This document shows positions 50,170 to 64,000 of a DNA stretch of 64,000 bases, one piece after another. The first letter of the stretch is position 1. Each line of letters opens with the position of its first letter. The stretch covers positions 80,885,130 to 80,949,129 of the forward strand of contig NC_092375.1 of assembly GCF_030028105.1 (NCBI RefSeq), in the 5' to 3' direction. Under the pieces are notes generated by a model, which did not search any database, was not told the origin of the DNA, and saw only the letters and a list, made by a program, of their open reading frames with translations. The position numbers and the translations under genes are program-made. The stretch is from Mobula birostris (Eukaryota).

Positions 50170-51366
50170 AAATAGTTAGAATAATACAGCACAGTACAGG
50201 CCCTTCAGCCATTGTTGTGCCAACCCTCAAACCCTGCCTCCCCTATAACCCCCCACCTTAAATTCCTCCATATACCTGTGAAGTTGTCTCCTAAATTTCA
50301 CTAGTGTGTCTGCCTCCACCACTGATTCGGGCAGTGTATTCCACGCACCAACCACTCTCTGAGTAAAAAACCTTCCTCTAATATCCCCCTTGAACTTCCC
50401 ACCCCTTACCTTAAAGCCATGTCCCCTTGCATTGACCAGTGGTGCCCTGGGGAAGAGGCGCTGGCTAGCCACTCTAACTATTCCTCTTAATATCTTGTAT
50501 ACCTCTATCATGTCTCCTCTCATCCTCCTTCTCTCCAAAGAGTAAAGCCCTAGCTCCCTTAATCTCTGATCATAATCCGTGCTCTCTAAACCAGGCAGCA
50601 TCCTGGTAAATCTCTGTACCCTTTCCAATGCTTCCACATCATTCCTATAGTGAGGCAACCAGAACTGGACACAGTACTCCAAGTGTGGCCTAACCAGAGT
50701 TTTATAGAGCTGCATCATTACCTCGTGACTTTTAAACTCTATCCCTCGGCTTATGAAAGCTAACACCCCATAAGCTTTCTTAACTACCCTATCTACCTGT
50801 GAGGCAACTTTCAGGGATCTGTGGACATGTACCCCCAGATCCCTCTGCTCCTCCACATTACAAGTATCCTGCCATTTACTTTGTACTTTGCCTTGGAGTT
50901 TGTCCTTCCAAAGTGTACCACTTCACACTTCTCCGGGTTGAATTCCATCTGCCACTTCTCAGCCCACTTCTGCATCCTATCAATGTCTCTCTGCAATCTT
51001 TGACAATCCCCTACACTATCTACAACACCACCAACCTTTTGTGTCGTCTGCAAACTTGCTAACCCACCCTTCTACCCCCACATCCAAGTTGTTAATAAAA
51101 ACCACGAAATGTAGAGGTCCCAGAACCGATCCTTGTGGGACACCACAAATCACAACCCTCCAATCCGAATGTACTCCCTCCACCACAACCCTCTGCCTTT
51201 TGCAGGCAAGCCAATTCTGAATCCACCTGGCCAAACTTCCCTGGATCCCATGCCTTCTGAATAAGCCTACCGTGTGGAACCTTGTCAAATGCCTTACTAA
51301 AATCCATATAGATCACATCCACCGCACTATCCTCATCTATATGCCTGGTCACCTCCTCAAAGAACT
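50170..51366 (-). mobile_element. CR1 LINE 3' portion (RT)
   Basis: [43 protein letters not shown]. Confidence 0.92.
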
Positions 51367-51480
51367 GTAATAAAATATCTAATAAAAATATCTAATATGT
51401 AATAAAAATATTGACTATGTAATTGCCTTAACAATCTAATAAATGCTGATTGATTGATTCACTGTTACTTTTGTTTCAAG

Positions 51481-51575
51481 GCAAGGAATATTGCAAAGTA
51501 TTATTTCCATATGAAGCACAGAATGAAGATGAGCTGACAATCAGAGAAGGAGAGATTGTAACTATTATAAACAAG
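51481..51575 (+). CDS. SH3KBP1: SH3KBP1 coding exon, N-terminal half of SH3C
   Basis: ttgtttcaag|GCAAG...AACAAG|gtataa; 95 nt, phase 1 to 0; (G)[31 protein letters not shown]. Confidence 0.96.
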
Positions 51576-52385
51576 GTATAAAGATAACTTATTTAACATA
51601 AAATAAAAATCTTTTCCTGCCTTTGTTTGGTCAGAATGAAGTTAGGTATTGTAGTCTTTATGTTATTTGTAATGACACTGTAAAGACTGGTTTCCTCAGT
51701 ACCAGCTGCTGAAAGTATGCCTGGAATAAGTAACTTGTATCGGAAGCCATGATCTTGAAACAACTGCATTGTTGTTAAAAACAAAAGTCTCTCTGCCTTA
51801 GGGAAGGAGAAAATGCTATTGTTGTGCATTCTAGCCATTTTGATACTCCACGTTTTTTATTTGACTCATAACGGTCCTCTGAAATGGATGGTCAATTCAT
51901 CTCTTTTCAAGGTCAAGTATAAATGAGCAATAAAGGCTAAGTACCATGCGAATAAATGTATCTTCCCCTCCAAGGTATTGTATTGTTATATTTTAAAGAG
52001 GCAAATAATGGTTTATTGAAAAAAGAGTTATTCAGTTTCTTGATAATTTGGCCTGAACTAGTCCAAAACTAATTACTTTGACTTAATATTGTTGATATAT
52101 TTGCCTGGAATATTAGTAAATAATTAGAATCAAATTCCTTAGTTCTGTGCTAGTTTACATTGGTGCATTTCATTTAAAGTAAATTCATTCGAAGTGATGG
52201 TGATACCAAAGAGAATTTTTGGATATGAACTTATCAGTGACCATAGTTGATACTTTGAACATAAGCCAGAATGGGTTATGTTCAAAGTATCACTCCATAG
52301 GAAAGTGCATTTTCTTTGTCAGTATTAAAGATCCTGCTGCAGAAAGTGCTGTGCCCAGAATTTAAAAAGGTAGTTCATCATTTCA

Positions 52386-55300
52386 CAAGATGGTGCCGTG
52401 AACGGCAGCCGTGTTCCAAATCCAATGGAGCTCCATTCCAAATCTGCAGGATACTACTAATTGCTACGATTTCTTAGCAATTTCTGTTCAAGTAACTGAT
52501 AGTCATATCAGATATGATAGACTGACCCTTCTGAACATCGGAAAGACGGCATTGACCCACTATGTGCTGCCTTTCCTACACTGGGAACCCCTGCTTGTGC
52601 GAGCCATGGTAGACTCATCTCTTACACCATCACTACCTCTGAAGAAGCGCTGGACGCAAGGGAGAAGGGCCAGCGTCCTGGTGAGGCTGAGATGGCGTGC
52701 AAATCCACCGCCGCTCTCTAGCATACTCCTGGCTAACGTTCAGTTCCTGGATAACAAGCTTTGTGAACTGAGAGCCAGATTCTCCTATCAGCGGGAAACA
52801 GAGGAATGCAGTGTTTTGTACTTCGTGGAGACCTGGCTGATGGAGGAAATACTGGATCATGCCATTGAGCCCTCTGGGCTCTCCCTATTCCAGGCAGTCA
52901 GGTCGAAAAACCTCACTGAGCAGAGTAAAGGAGGAGGGGTATGCTGCATAAGAACATAAGAAATAGGAGCAGGAGTAGGCCATCCGGCCCATCGAACCTG
53001 CCCTGCCAATCGAACCTGCCCTGCCATTCAATAAGATCATGACTGATCTGTCCGTAAACTCAGCTCCGTCTACCTGCCTTTTCTTCATAACCCTTAATTC
53101 CCCTACTATGTAATAATCTATCTAACTGTATCTCAAATATATTTAGTGAAGAAGCCTCAACTGCTTCCCTGGGCAGAGAATTCCACAGATTCACCACTCT
53201 CTGGGAAAAACAGATTCTCCTCATCTCCATCCTAAATCTTCTCCCCTGAATCTTGAGGCAATGTCCCCTAGTTCTAGTCTCACCTACCAATGGAAACAAC
53301 TTTCCTACTTCGATCTTATCTATCCCTTTCAAAATTTTGTATGTTTCTATAAGGTTCCCTCTCATTCTTCTGAACTCCAGAGAGTATAGTCCTAGGCGAC
53401 TCAATCTCTCTTCATAGGTTAACCCCTTCATCTCTGCAATCAACCGGGTGAACCTCCTCTGCATTGCCTCCGAAGCCAGTATATCCTTCCTCAAGTATGG
53501 AGACCAGAACTGCGCACAGTACTCCACGTGCAGCCTCACCAGTACCCTGTATAGTTGCAGTATGACCTCCCTGCTCTTGAATTCAATCCCTCTCGCAATG
53601 AAGGCCAACATTCCATTTGCCTTCTTAATAACCTGATGTACCTGCAAGCCAACTTTTGGTGATTCATGCACAAGCACTCCCAAGTCCTGCCATAGAACAG
53701 CATGCTTCAATCTTTCACCATTTAAATAATAATCTGCTGTTCTATTATTCCTTCATGATCAACAGTGCTTGGTGCAATCCCAGAATGTGCATGCACTCAA
53801 ATCCTTTTGTTCCCCAGACCTGGGATACCTGGTGCTGCTGTGTATATCCTACTGGCTGCCCAGGGAGTTCACTCTGTTATCATCACAGCGATGTACATTC
53901 AGCCACAAGCTGATACTGACCTGGCTCTCAAGGAACTGTATGATACCATCAACACGCTGGAGACTGCACACACAGAGGTTGCCTTCATCATCACCAGTGA
54001 CTTTAATTGAGTTTCACTGATGAAAGTCTCTCCGAAGTTTTGTCAGCACATCCAGGTGAGCATTCATGGAGATAACACTCTCCCTTCTGCATCACTTACA
54101 AAGTTCTCCTTTGCCCAGCTTTTGGAAAATCAGATCATTCTGCGATCCTGCTTTTGCTGACATACAGGAAGAAGCTGAAACAAGAGGTGGCCATAGTTAA
54201 AACTGTCCACTGTTGGTCCAACCGATTGACCTCCATGCTGCAGGACTGCTTCAATGACCGTTGACTGGAATTTCTTCCATAATGAGGATGTCTCCAAGTT
54301 CACGGATGGAGTCACGTGCTTCACCCGGAAATGCATCAACGATGTTATCCCCCAGAAGTTGGTCAGGGTCTTCCCAAACCGGAAACCCTGGATCAGTAGT
54401 TCCGTGTGAGCAGCACTTACAGCGCGACATCGAGCTTACTCACTGGAGGTCAACGAGAGCTCAAGAAAAGCAGCTGTGATCTGCACAAAGCTGTCAAGGC
54501 TGCTAAACAACAATATAAGGAGAAAATTGAGTCAAGATTCACAATGAATAGCACATGTGACTTGTGGCGAGGGCTGCATACCATCGCAGACTTCAAAGCC
54601 AAAAACTGTAGTGCCACCAACATTGTGGCCTCTCTCCCAGATGAGCTCAATCGCTTTTATGCTCGGTTCGATGTTGCTAACTCTGAGCCTCTGAGGAAAG
54701 CCACCGCTACAACCTGCAGCCTGGTCATCTCTGAGGCTGAGGTATGCAGATGTTTCCAACGAGTGGACAGTCGCAAGGCTGTGGGACCGGACGGCATCCC
54801 AGGGCGAGTACTCAGGATGTGCACAGCACAACTGACAGGTGTGTTTACTGACATTTTTAATCTCTCCCTCTCCCAGTGTAGAATGCCGTCCCACTTCAAA
54901 TTATCCATCATTGTCCCTGTATCAAAAAAGACCAAGGTAACATGCCTGAACGACTGACGTCCTGTCGCACTCACCTCAATAATAAGCAAATGCTTTGAGA
55001 GGCTGGTCAAGGATTACATCTGCAGCTTGCTAGCACCCAAACTGGACCCCCTGCGATTTGTCTAATCGACAGATAAGTAGTAGCCACTGCTCTACATACC
55101 GTCCTTATGCATCTGGAGAAGAAGGATGCTTATGTGAGAATGCTTTTCTTGGACTACAGTTCAGCATTCAACACCATAGTTCCATCCAGGCTCAACAAGA
55201 AGCTCAAGAGACCTCGGCCTTGACCCTGCCTTATGCAGCTGGATCCTGGACTTCCTGTCAGATCGTCGGCAGGTGGTAAGAGTGGGCTCCCTCACCTCCA

Positions 55301-56140
55301 CCCCTTTGACTGTCAATACAGGAGCCCCTCAGGGCTGCATACTGAGTCCCCTCCTTTACTCCCTGTATACCCATGACTGTATCGCCACCCACAGCTCCAA
55401 TCTGCTGATTAAATTTGCCGACCGCTCCCTGGATGTTGCAAAAACAAGGAGCTGGTTGTGGATTACAGGAGGAATGGAGACGGGCTAACCCTTGTTGACA
55501 TCCATGGATCTGGGGTTGAGAGGGTAAACAGCTTCAAGTTCCTCGGCATACACATCATCGAGGACCTCATGTGGTATGTACACACCAGAACAGCGCCTCT
55601 TTCACATCATATGGTTGAGAAAGTTTGGTATGGGCCCCCAGATCCTAAGAGCTTTCTATTGGGGCACAATTGAGAGCATCCTGACTGGCTGTATCACTGC
55701 CTGGTATGGGAAATGTGCTTCCCTCAATCGCAGGACTCTGCAGAGAGTGGTGCAGACAGCCCAGTGCATCTGTAGTTGTGAACTTTCCATGATTCAGGAC
55801 ATTTACAAGGACAGGTGTGTAAAAAGGGCCCGTAGGATCATTGGGGACCCAAGTCATCCCAACCACAATCTATTCCAGCTGCTACCATCTGGGAAGCAGT
55901 ACTACAGCATAAAAGCCAGGACCAACAGGCTCTGGGACAGCTTCTTCCACCAGGCCATCAGACTGATTAACTCACGCTGATTTGAGTATACTCTATATTA
56001 CATTGACTGTTCTATTTATTATAAATTATTATAAATTACTATGATTGCACATGGCACATTTAAATGGAGATGTAACATACAGATTTTTACTCCTCATGTA
56101 TATGAAGGATGTAAGAAATAATGTCAATTCAGTTCAATCA
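52386..56140 (+). mobile_element. near full-length degenerate Rex1/Babar LINE, interrupted by CR1
   Basis: 5' AAGATGG; ILLANVQFLDNK, FVETWL, GGGVC, GPDGIPGRVL, GAPQGCILSPLL; CAATT-type tail. Confidence 0.9.
52947..53750 (-). mobile_element. CR1 3' end nested in Rex1
   Basis: ORF 53060-53710; cataagaacataagaa tail; splits the Rex1 GGGVC/FMIN motif. Confidence 0.9.
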
Positions 56141-57230
56141 TGTTTGTCCACTACAGAACTCACTTTCACTGTAAAGTTGTTGTTGTGGGATAATCATAGA
56201 CTTCATGCAGGTTCCACAAAGCCCTTTTCAAATACATTCAATGGTATTTTACAGCATGCAAAAGATTGCACATGAATCATAGGGCTTATAACAGTAAAAC
56301 TTCAATAATTTGCTGTTTGGCTTTTTCAGAAATCCCAGAGACTCTCTGTCTGGCTGTAGAGAAACAAAGGAAAGACACAAATGGAAAGGTCCAGATGCCC
56401 AATCTGATCTATTTTAAAAGGTTCCATTGATTACCTGTGAATCCTCAGATGATGTTTGCCACATTTTTCCCCTTGCATTCACCAGGGCCTTGTTACCTGT
56501 GCTGCCTTGAAACTTTGGACCCACTGTTTACCATTCTTCATTGTACTGTTAACATTTAAAGAAAATGTGAATTAACTATGTGATGGAGCATTAATAGAAT
56601 TCTGGAAATTTTGCTAGTCTACTACCAAGTCCCAACCATACAAGAATAAAGAGAATTTACTGTAATTGGAACAATTTCTGTAAAAAATATACCCCCAAGT
56701 TAAGTTCAATACCTAAATCTCAAGACTTCTTTCCTGGGCTCATACTGCATTATAGCCCAGGGGAGGGCCTTTGGCTTCATATCTGTAACTTTATTTGCCC
56801 AAACATATGTTTCCCTACCCCAATGTTCTGTATATAGTCTATTGCACTTGAAAGTAATTCACTTGTCCCTAGCACAATAAAGTGTGCCATTATCTAGTAG
56901 TTTTCAGTATAAACATGTTCCTCCCTTCCATCCAATGATAAGTATTAATTTCCATGTGCCCATTGATGGTAGAATCCCAGATTTCACATTCCCCTTAACT
57001 AGTTCCTGCTTTCTGTGCCACCCTTATTCACCACCTTGATGCTTTTGCTTCTCTTTGCTCTGAGAATTGCTGTTGAGGGGAGAATCGCACTGTGTAAAAA
57101 AAAATAGAACACTGATCTGACTGGTGCTTCTGATTGCAGAGAACTCTGATCACACTGGGAAGCTTGGAAGCTGTTTCTGAGACTCAAACGAACTCGAGAA
57201 ATGCTCCAATTCTTTATTTCTTCTCCATAG

Positions 57231-57377
<147 letters not shown>

Positions 57378-59469
57378 TAGAAACTGTTCATTTGCTTTTT
57401 AAAGAGTCAATGTAGATCTTTGAAAATGTACAATTAAACTGATACCCAAAAAGACTAGATGTTAAATTAATTATTGCTGTGTGCAGTATCTGCTCTTTCA
57501 TATTTTGCAGATGCATTAGGAAGGTATAAATATATTGGCAAGAACCTGAGGCTGAAGTATAGTAATCTTTTGGAATAAGAGTTTTGGGAAGAGAAGGGTA
57601 GAAATAGCATCATAATCAAGCTGCCGTGCCTCATTTGTTATTTTAGTTTATATGAATGTACTTTCCTCATAGGCTTGAAAAAAGCTATTTTCTGCACTGT
57701 ATTTAGTTATTGTCTTTTAATAAGTGGGAGTGAACCTGGTGTAAAATTTACATTGATTGCCACTTTCTTCATTGTTGTCAGGCACCATATCAGGTGAAGG
57801 AGAACTTCAAAAATTATAAGGGCAGCGGTGCCAGGAGTATAATGGTTGGCTAGGGTCCAAATTATTTTAATCTTGTTAGCAAATTGGTCTTGTGGCTGCT
57901 GCTCTCTTTGGTAACTGAAGCACAAGATGCTAAATAACTAGAGAATAAAGGCTCAAAATCTAATTCACAAAATTTGCCCAAAATACAGGGGAATATGAAT
58001 GTGGTTAAAGAAAGTGTATACATATATCCAGGAAACAAAAGTAGAATCTGAATTTTTTTGCAAATTAAAGTTGTACTTTGAGGGAAAAGAATGCACAATA
58101 GAGCAAATTCAATGGCTTATTGTTACTGATTTTTTTTGTCATGGACTGTTTGCCTTACTCAGACTGAGAACCATATTGTGGGATATAACATTTATTCAGC
58201 ACTTCTAGAATGATGCTTCAATGTTGACAAAAAGTCCAAACAGAAACCATTTGCCCTTGAGGCATGATTTGCAAGGTCTTTTTATGGTGTCCCCATGTAG
58301 CTATTCAATTTACTTTATTTGAGGAACAGGGGTGCAGAGGAAAGCAAACAATTAACACCTTAAGATAAGACATACCCAGCAGGCAAATCTCATTTAGAAG
58401 TTTAAATGAAGTTCCCAGGAATGAAGCCCTTTAAATCTCTGTCAGGAATCAAGCCCAACCTTAGCCCTGAGTTTTCTGCATTCCTTTAAGTACCACTCCT
58501 TCATGTCCAGGAAATGAATACTTCCTGACTGGTGGATCTTAGTCCAACTTTCTGGCTTTCATCAAGAATCAATGACTACCAGAATTTCAGATCTAGTAAG
58601 TTTAGATATTAGAGGCTAAACCTTGTGTGGGGTCCTTAGGGGATCAGTAGGGGAGAAGAACAAAGGAAAAGAGACATGGGTCTCTTTTATGTGTAGAGAG
58701 GATTTGCTGGTTATAGAGTCATTGAGCACCACAGAACAGAAACAGGCCTTTGGCCTATCTAGTCTGTGCCAAACTGTTAAGCTGCCTTGTCCCATCGACC
58801 TACACCGGGATCATAGTCCTTCATACCCCGCTCAGCCGTGTACTTACTCAAACATTTCTTAAATGTTATAGTCAAGCCCACTTTGACCATTTCTGCTGGC
58901 GGCTAGTTTCACAGTTGTATCATCGTCTGAGTGAAGAACGTCTCCCTCAAGTTCCCTTAAATATTTCATCTTTCACCCTTAACCTATGACCTCTAGATCT
59001 AGTCTCACCCAACCTTAATAGAAAAAACCTGCTTCCATTTATCCTTACTGTACCCTTTATAATTGTGTATACTTCTATCAAATCTCCCCTCATTCTTTTA
59101 TGCTCTAGAGAATAAAGTCTTAACCTTAATTCAAAGTTTCCCTATAACTCAGGTCCTCAAGTCCTGGAAATATCCTTGTAAATTTTCTCTGTACTCATTC
59201 AATCTTGTTGATATCTTTCCTGTAGGTACAGTAGTGATCAGAAATACACACAATACTCACCAATGTCTTATACAACTTAAATATAACATCCCAATTCCTG
59301 TATTCAATACTCTAATATATGAGAGCTAATGTACCAAAAGCACTTTTTATCTGTGACATGGCTTTCAAGGAAGTATGCTTCTTTATTCCCAGATCCCTTT
59401 GTTCTACCACAGTCCGTGATGCCCTCCCAAGTGCAGCACCTTACACTTCTCTGCACTAAATTTGATCTG

Positions 59470-61222
59470 CCACTTCTAATAATAACAGGGGACAAGGAGA
59501 TAGCAGATGAACTAAATGAGTATTTTGTATCAGTCTCCGCCATGGAAGACACTAGCAGTGTGCCAGATGTTGAAGGGTGTGAGGGAAGAGAAGTGAGTGC
59601 AGTTACTATAACAAGGTAGAAGGTGGTCAAAAAGCTGAAAGACCTAAGGGTACATAAGTCACCTGGACAGGATGAAATGCACCCTAGGGTTCTGAAAAAG
59701 TAACGGTAGAGATGATGATTAGTAATGATCTTTCAAAAATCATTGGACTCTGGCATAGTGCCGTAGGACTGGAAAATTGCAATAGACTGAAAACTTTAAG
59801 AAAGGAGGAAGGCAGCAGAAAGCAAATTATAGACCAGTTAGTTTGACCTCAGTAGTTGGGAAGATGTTGGAGTCAGTTGTTAAGGATGAGGTTATGGAGT
59901 AAGGACAAGATAGGACAAAGACAGCATGGTTTCCTTAAGGAAAGACCTTGCCTGACGAACCTGTTGGAATTCTTTGAAGAGATTACAAGTGGGATAGATA
60001 AAGGAGATGCAGTGGATGTTGTATATTTGGACCTTCAGTAGGCCTTTGACAAGGTACCACACATGAGGCTGCTTGCCAAGTTAAGAGCCCATGGTATTAC
60101 AGGAAAGTTACTAACATGGTTAGAGCATTGGCTGATAGGCAGGAGGCAGCGAGTGGGAATAAAAGGATCCTTTTCTTGGTGGCTGTCAGTGATTAATGGT
60201 GTTCTGCAGGGGTCGGTGTTGGGACTGCTTCTTTATGGTGTATATCAATGATTTAGATGATGGAATAGATGGCTTTGTTGCCAGGTTTGCAGATGATATG
60301 AGATTGGTGGAGGAATAGGTAGAGTTGAGGAAACAGGTAGGATGCAGAGGACTTAGACAGATTTGGAGAATCGGCAAGAAAGTGGCAAATGAAATACAAT
60401 GTTAGAAAATGCATGGTCATGCACTTTAGTAGTAGAGATAAATGTGCAGACTATTTTCTAAACAGGGAGAAAATCTAAAAATCTGAGATGCAAAGGGACT
60501 TGGGAGTCCTTGTGCAGAACAACCTAAAGGTTAACCTGCAGGTTGAGTTGGTGGTGAGGAAGGCAAATGGAATGTTAGCATTCATTTCAAAGAGGTCTAG
60601 TATACAAGAGCAGGGATGTGATGCTGAGGCTTTATAAAGCACTGGTGAGGCCTCATCTTGAATATTGTGAACAGTTTTAGGTTCCTTGTCTAAAAAATGA
60701 TGTGCTGGCATTGGAGAGGGTTCAGAGGAGTTTCACAAGGATGATTCCTGGAATGAAAGGGTTATCATTATGAGGAATGTTTGATGGCTCTGGGTCTGTA
60801 CTCGCTGGAATTTAGAAGGATGAGAGGGGATCTCATTGAAACCTTTCGAATGTTAAAAAGCCTAGACCGAGTAGATATGGAAAGAATGTTTCCCATGGTG
60901 GGGCTGTCCAGGACAAGAGGGCGCAGCCTCAGGATAGAGGGGCTTCCATTTAAAATAGAGATGCGGAGAAATATCTTAGCCAGAGGGTGGTGAATTTGTG
61001 GAATTTGTTACCACAGGCAGCTGTGGAGGTCAGGTCACTGGTTGTATTTAAGGTGGAGCTTGATAGATTCTTGGTTGGACAGGGCATCAAAGGTTACGGG
61101 GAGAAGGCTGGGGAGTGAGGCTGAGGAGGGAAAAAATGGATCAGCCATGATTGAATGGCAGAGCAGACTTGATGGGCCAAATGGCCTAATTCTGCTCCTA
61201 TATCTAATAGTCTTATGGTCTT
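59470..61222 (+). mobile_element. CR1 LINE nested in opposite orientation
   Basis: QHGFLKERPCLTNLLEFFEE, RGDLIETF; TCTTATGG-type tail. Confidence 0.88.
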
Positions 61223-61529
61223 TTCAAACCTTTTTTTTTCAGCTATTCTAGATCCATCTGCAAACTTCCTCGCTGTCCACTGTGACCTCAATCTTGGTGT
61301 TAACCAAAAATCTGCTGATCCAGTTTACCATATTATCACCAAAATCATTAACATAGATGACAAATAACAACTGACCCAGCACCAGCACCTGCAGTTTGCC
61401 ACTAGTCACAGACTTCCAGTCAGAGGGGCAAAGTTCTATTACCACTCTCTGCCTTCTCCCACTAAGCTAACTTTGAATCCAGTTTACTACTTCATCCTAA
61501 ATGCTAAGTTACTAAACCTTATAGACGAG

Positions 61530-61735
61530 CCTGGCTGGAACATCCTACCAGAGGTGATGGAGAGGAAGATAATTTAGGGCAATTTAAAAAAGAACTCCTA
61601 GGTAGGCCCAAGGATGATAGAAAAATGCAGGGTTATGTGGAAGGGAAGGGGTTAAATTGATCTTAAGAGTAGGTTAAAATTTCTGCACAACATTGTGGGC
61701 TGAAGGGCTTGGACTGTGCTGTTATGTTCCATGTA
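61530..61735 (+). mobile_element. short CR1 3' end
   Basis: acaacattgtgggctgaaggg...atgttc terminal motif. Confidence 0.65.
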
Positions 61736-63696
61736 ATATATGTAAGTTAAATTCACCTATTACCACAATCTTATATTTCCTGCAACTGTCTGTTATCTCT
61801 CTACAATTTGACATCTCTAAATCTGGCTGACTTTTGGGTGGTTTGTAATATAATCCCATTATGACGATCATCTCTTTTTTTTATTCCTCAGTTTTACTCA
61901 TATTGCTTCTGTAGACGAGCCCTCCAGTATGTCCTGTCTGAGCACTGCAGTGATATTTTCCCTGACTACTAATGCCACACCTCCACACCTTTAATGCCTC
62001 CCCCTCTATCATGCTAAAACAACGAAAGCATGAACTGCCACTCCTGCAACCAAATATCACTAATGGCTACAATGTCATAATTCCATATGCTGACCCATGC
62101 TTTAAGTACATCTGGTTCACCTATAATATTACTTCTATTAAAATAAGCACAACTCAGAAAGTTAGTCCCACTATGCTCAACTTTTCGGTTCATGTCTTTG
62201 TATGTAGGCTTAACATTTACTTTCCCCACAGTTCCCCTCCAGCTCAAGTATAAACATTCCTTTTTGTACAGGTCACTGGAAGACCTATCTTGAAAGAGAG
62301 CCCAATGATTAAAAAATCTGATGTTCTCCCTCCTGCACCATCTCTTTAGCCACATGTTAAATTGTATTATCTTCCTACTTCTGTCCTCACTAGCACGTGG
62401 CATGGATAGCAGACCCGAGGTCACCACCCTGGAGGTCCTATTCTTTATCTTAGCACCTAACTCCCTTAACGGACTCTGCAGGATCTTGTCACCCTTCCTA
62501 CCTATATCATTGGTACCGATGTGTTACTGTGACCACCGGTTGCTCACCCTCCCCCTTAAGGATGCTATGGACCTGATCCTAGCACCTGAGAGGCAACATA
62601 CTATCTAGGAATCTTGTTCTCTCCACAACCTTTTGTCTGATCCCCTAACCAATGAATCCCCTATTACTACTGCTTGCCTCTTCTCCCCCCTTCCCTTCAG
62701 AGTCACTAAACCAGATTCTGTGCCAGAAACCTGACTGCTTGGTCATCCCCTTCAAAAGTCCAGAAGAATACACTTGTTTCAAGAGGAGTGGCCACAGGGG
62801 TACCCTGCACTGGCTGTCTATCCCCTTTCTCTCCCCTGATAGTCACTCAGTTACCTGTGTCCTGCACCTCATGTGTAACTACCTCCGTGTATCTCTCAGT
62901 CTTCTGAATGGTCTGATGGTCATCCAGCTCCAGTTCCCTAATACAATCTGTGAGAAGCTGCAGGTGTAGTTGTCAAGGAAACTGGAAGTCACCCTGTCTT
63001 CTCACATCCTCCAGGAGAAGCATTCCACTGTCCTGACTGTCATTCCCACCACTCTAACTGTGCAGTTAGAAAGAAACATACTTACCAGTAATTTACCTTT
63101 GCCTTCGCCCTCTTCTTGCTATAGCCTCTTGAGCCAAAGCCTCAAACTCTCCACTCTAATACTGTCCACTCCCAACAATGGCTGCTCCCACAATGGCCGC
63201 ACCACTTAAACCTTTTTCTTGGCTCTTGCCTAATTACCCAATGATCTCAAGCTCCACTGAAAGTCCTGACAGGCCCCACTCACTTTTTAAGTATTTTGCT
63301 GGCTCGTCACAAGCAATGGCTTACACGATCTTAAGCTCCACTGATGAAGTATTTGAGTATTTTTTCTTGTTTTGGGATCTTGGGTGTATAAGTATTTTTT
63401 TCTTGTTTTTCTTTTGAAAGCTAGACTGATTCTGATACATTACTGACCAAAATTCCAAAATAGTAATTTTAATTTCTAAAGAACTTTGCAATTTAAAAGA
63501 ATATATTGTTACCTTAGCCACAACCCTCCCCATCCTCATGAATTCCCCATGCAGAGTAAGTGAACATTTGAGTTACATTTCTATGTATTAATTTGTCAAA
63601 GTGTCCCTGTTGGGGATGGTTGAAGCTTTATAATTTAGTCTGTTTTGAGCACAGGCAAGTGAAGATTTTTGTTGTCATCTTGGGCAGAATTTAAGT

Positions 63697-63970
63697 CTCA
63701 GAATCAGATTTATTGTCACTGACATATGTTGTGTTTTTTTGTGGCAGTAATACAGTGCAGGCATAAATTGCTGTAAGTTACAATAAAAATAGTGTGAAAG
63801 AGGAACAGAATGGTAGTGTTCATTGAATGTTCAGAAGTCTGATGGCAAAGGAGAAGAAGTTGTTGCTAGAAAGTTAAGCTTGGGTCTTGAGGTTCCTGTA
63901 CCTCCTCCCTGCCAGTAGTAATGAGAAGAGGGCATGTTCCAGATGTTGGGAATCTTTCATGATGGAAGTA
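63697..63970 (-). mobile_element. Rex1/Babar 3' fragment
   Basis: tcagaatcagatttattgtcac tail; homologous to 2545-2800. Confidence 0.7.
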
Positions 63971-64000
63971 GTGTGTATCTTTAGGTTTTCTAATGTTTGG

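Larger units (their letters stand above)
58710..63300 (-). mobile_element. long degenerate CR1 (ORF1 SGNH esterase-like, endonuclease, RT), interrupted by plus-strand CR1 copies
   Basis: SGLLSMPRASEDR...WLKRWCRRENIRF (ORF1), YDIVAISDIWL (endonuclease), VLGQLLFVIYVND (RT). Confidence 0.75.

Overview
AT-rich vertebrate genomic DNA. The repeat families suggest a cartilaginous fish, most likely a ray (inference). The window lies inside SH3KBP1 (CIN85/Ruk) on the + strand. Five phase-consistent GT-AG coding exons are visible (25479-25608, 29358-29554, 47232-47307, 51481-51575, 57231-57332). They encode the C-terminal half of SH3B, the linker with [17 protein letters not shown], and all of SH3C. 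The gene start and end lie outside the window. The rest is intron packed with decayed, often nested transposons: CR1, Rex1/Babar and RTE LINEs, Penelope-like elements, internally deleted Tigger, hAT and Tc1 DNA transposons, and SINEs. Almost all ORFs in the supplied track are TE remnants or noise. Most notable observations: (1) two Penelope-like families carrying minimal hammerhead-ribozyme cores, including short TSD-flanked inserts with an inverted end; (2) an RTE LINE with twin-priming 5'-inversion geometry and target microhomology; (3) a long hairpin inside the Tigger element; (4) candidate unannotated SH3KBP1 exons (a 33-nt in-frame exon and a stop-containing exon). I see no evidence of a wholly new protein-coding system. 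TE boundaries are approximate unless a TSD or TIR is quoted.
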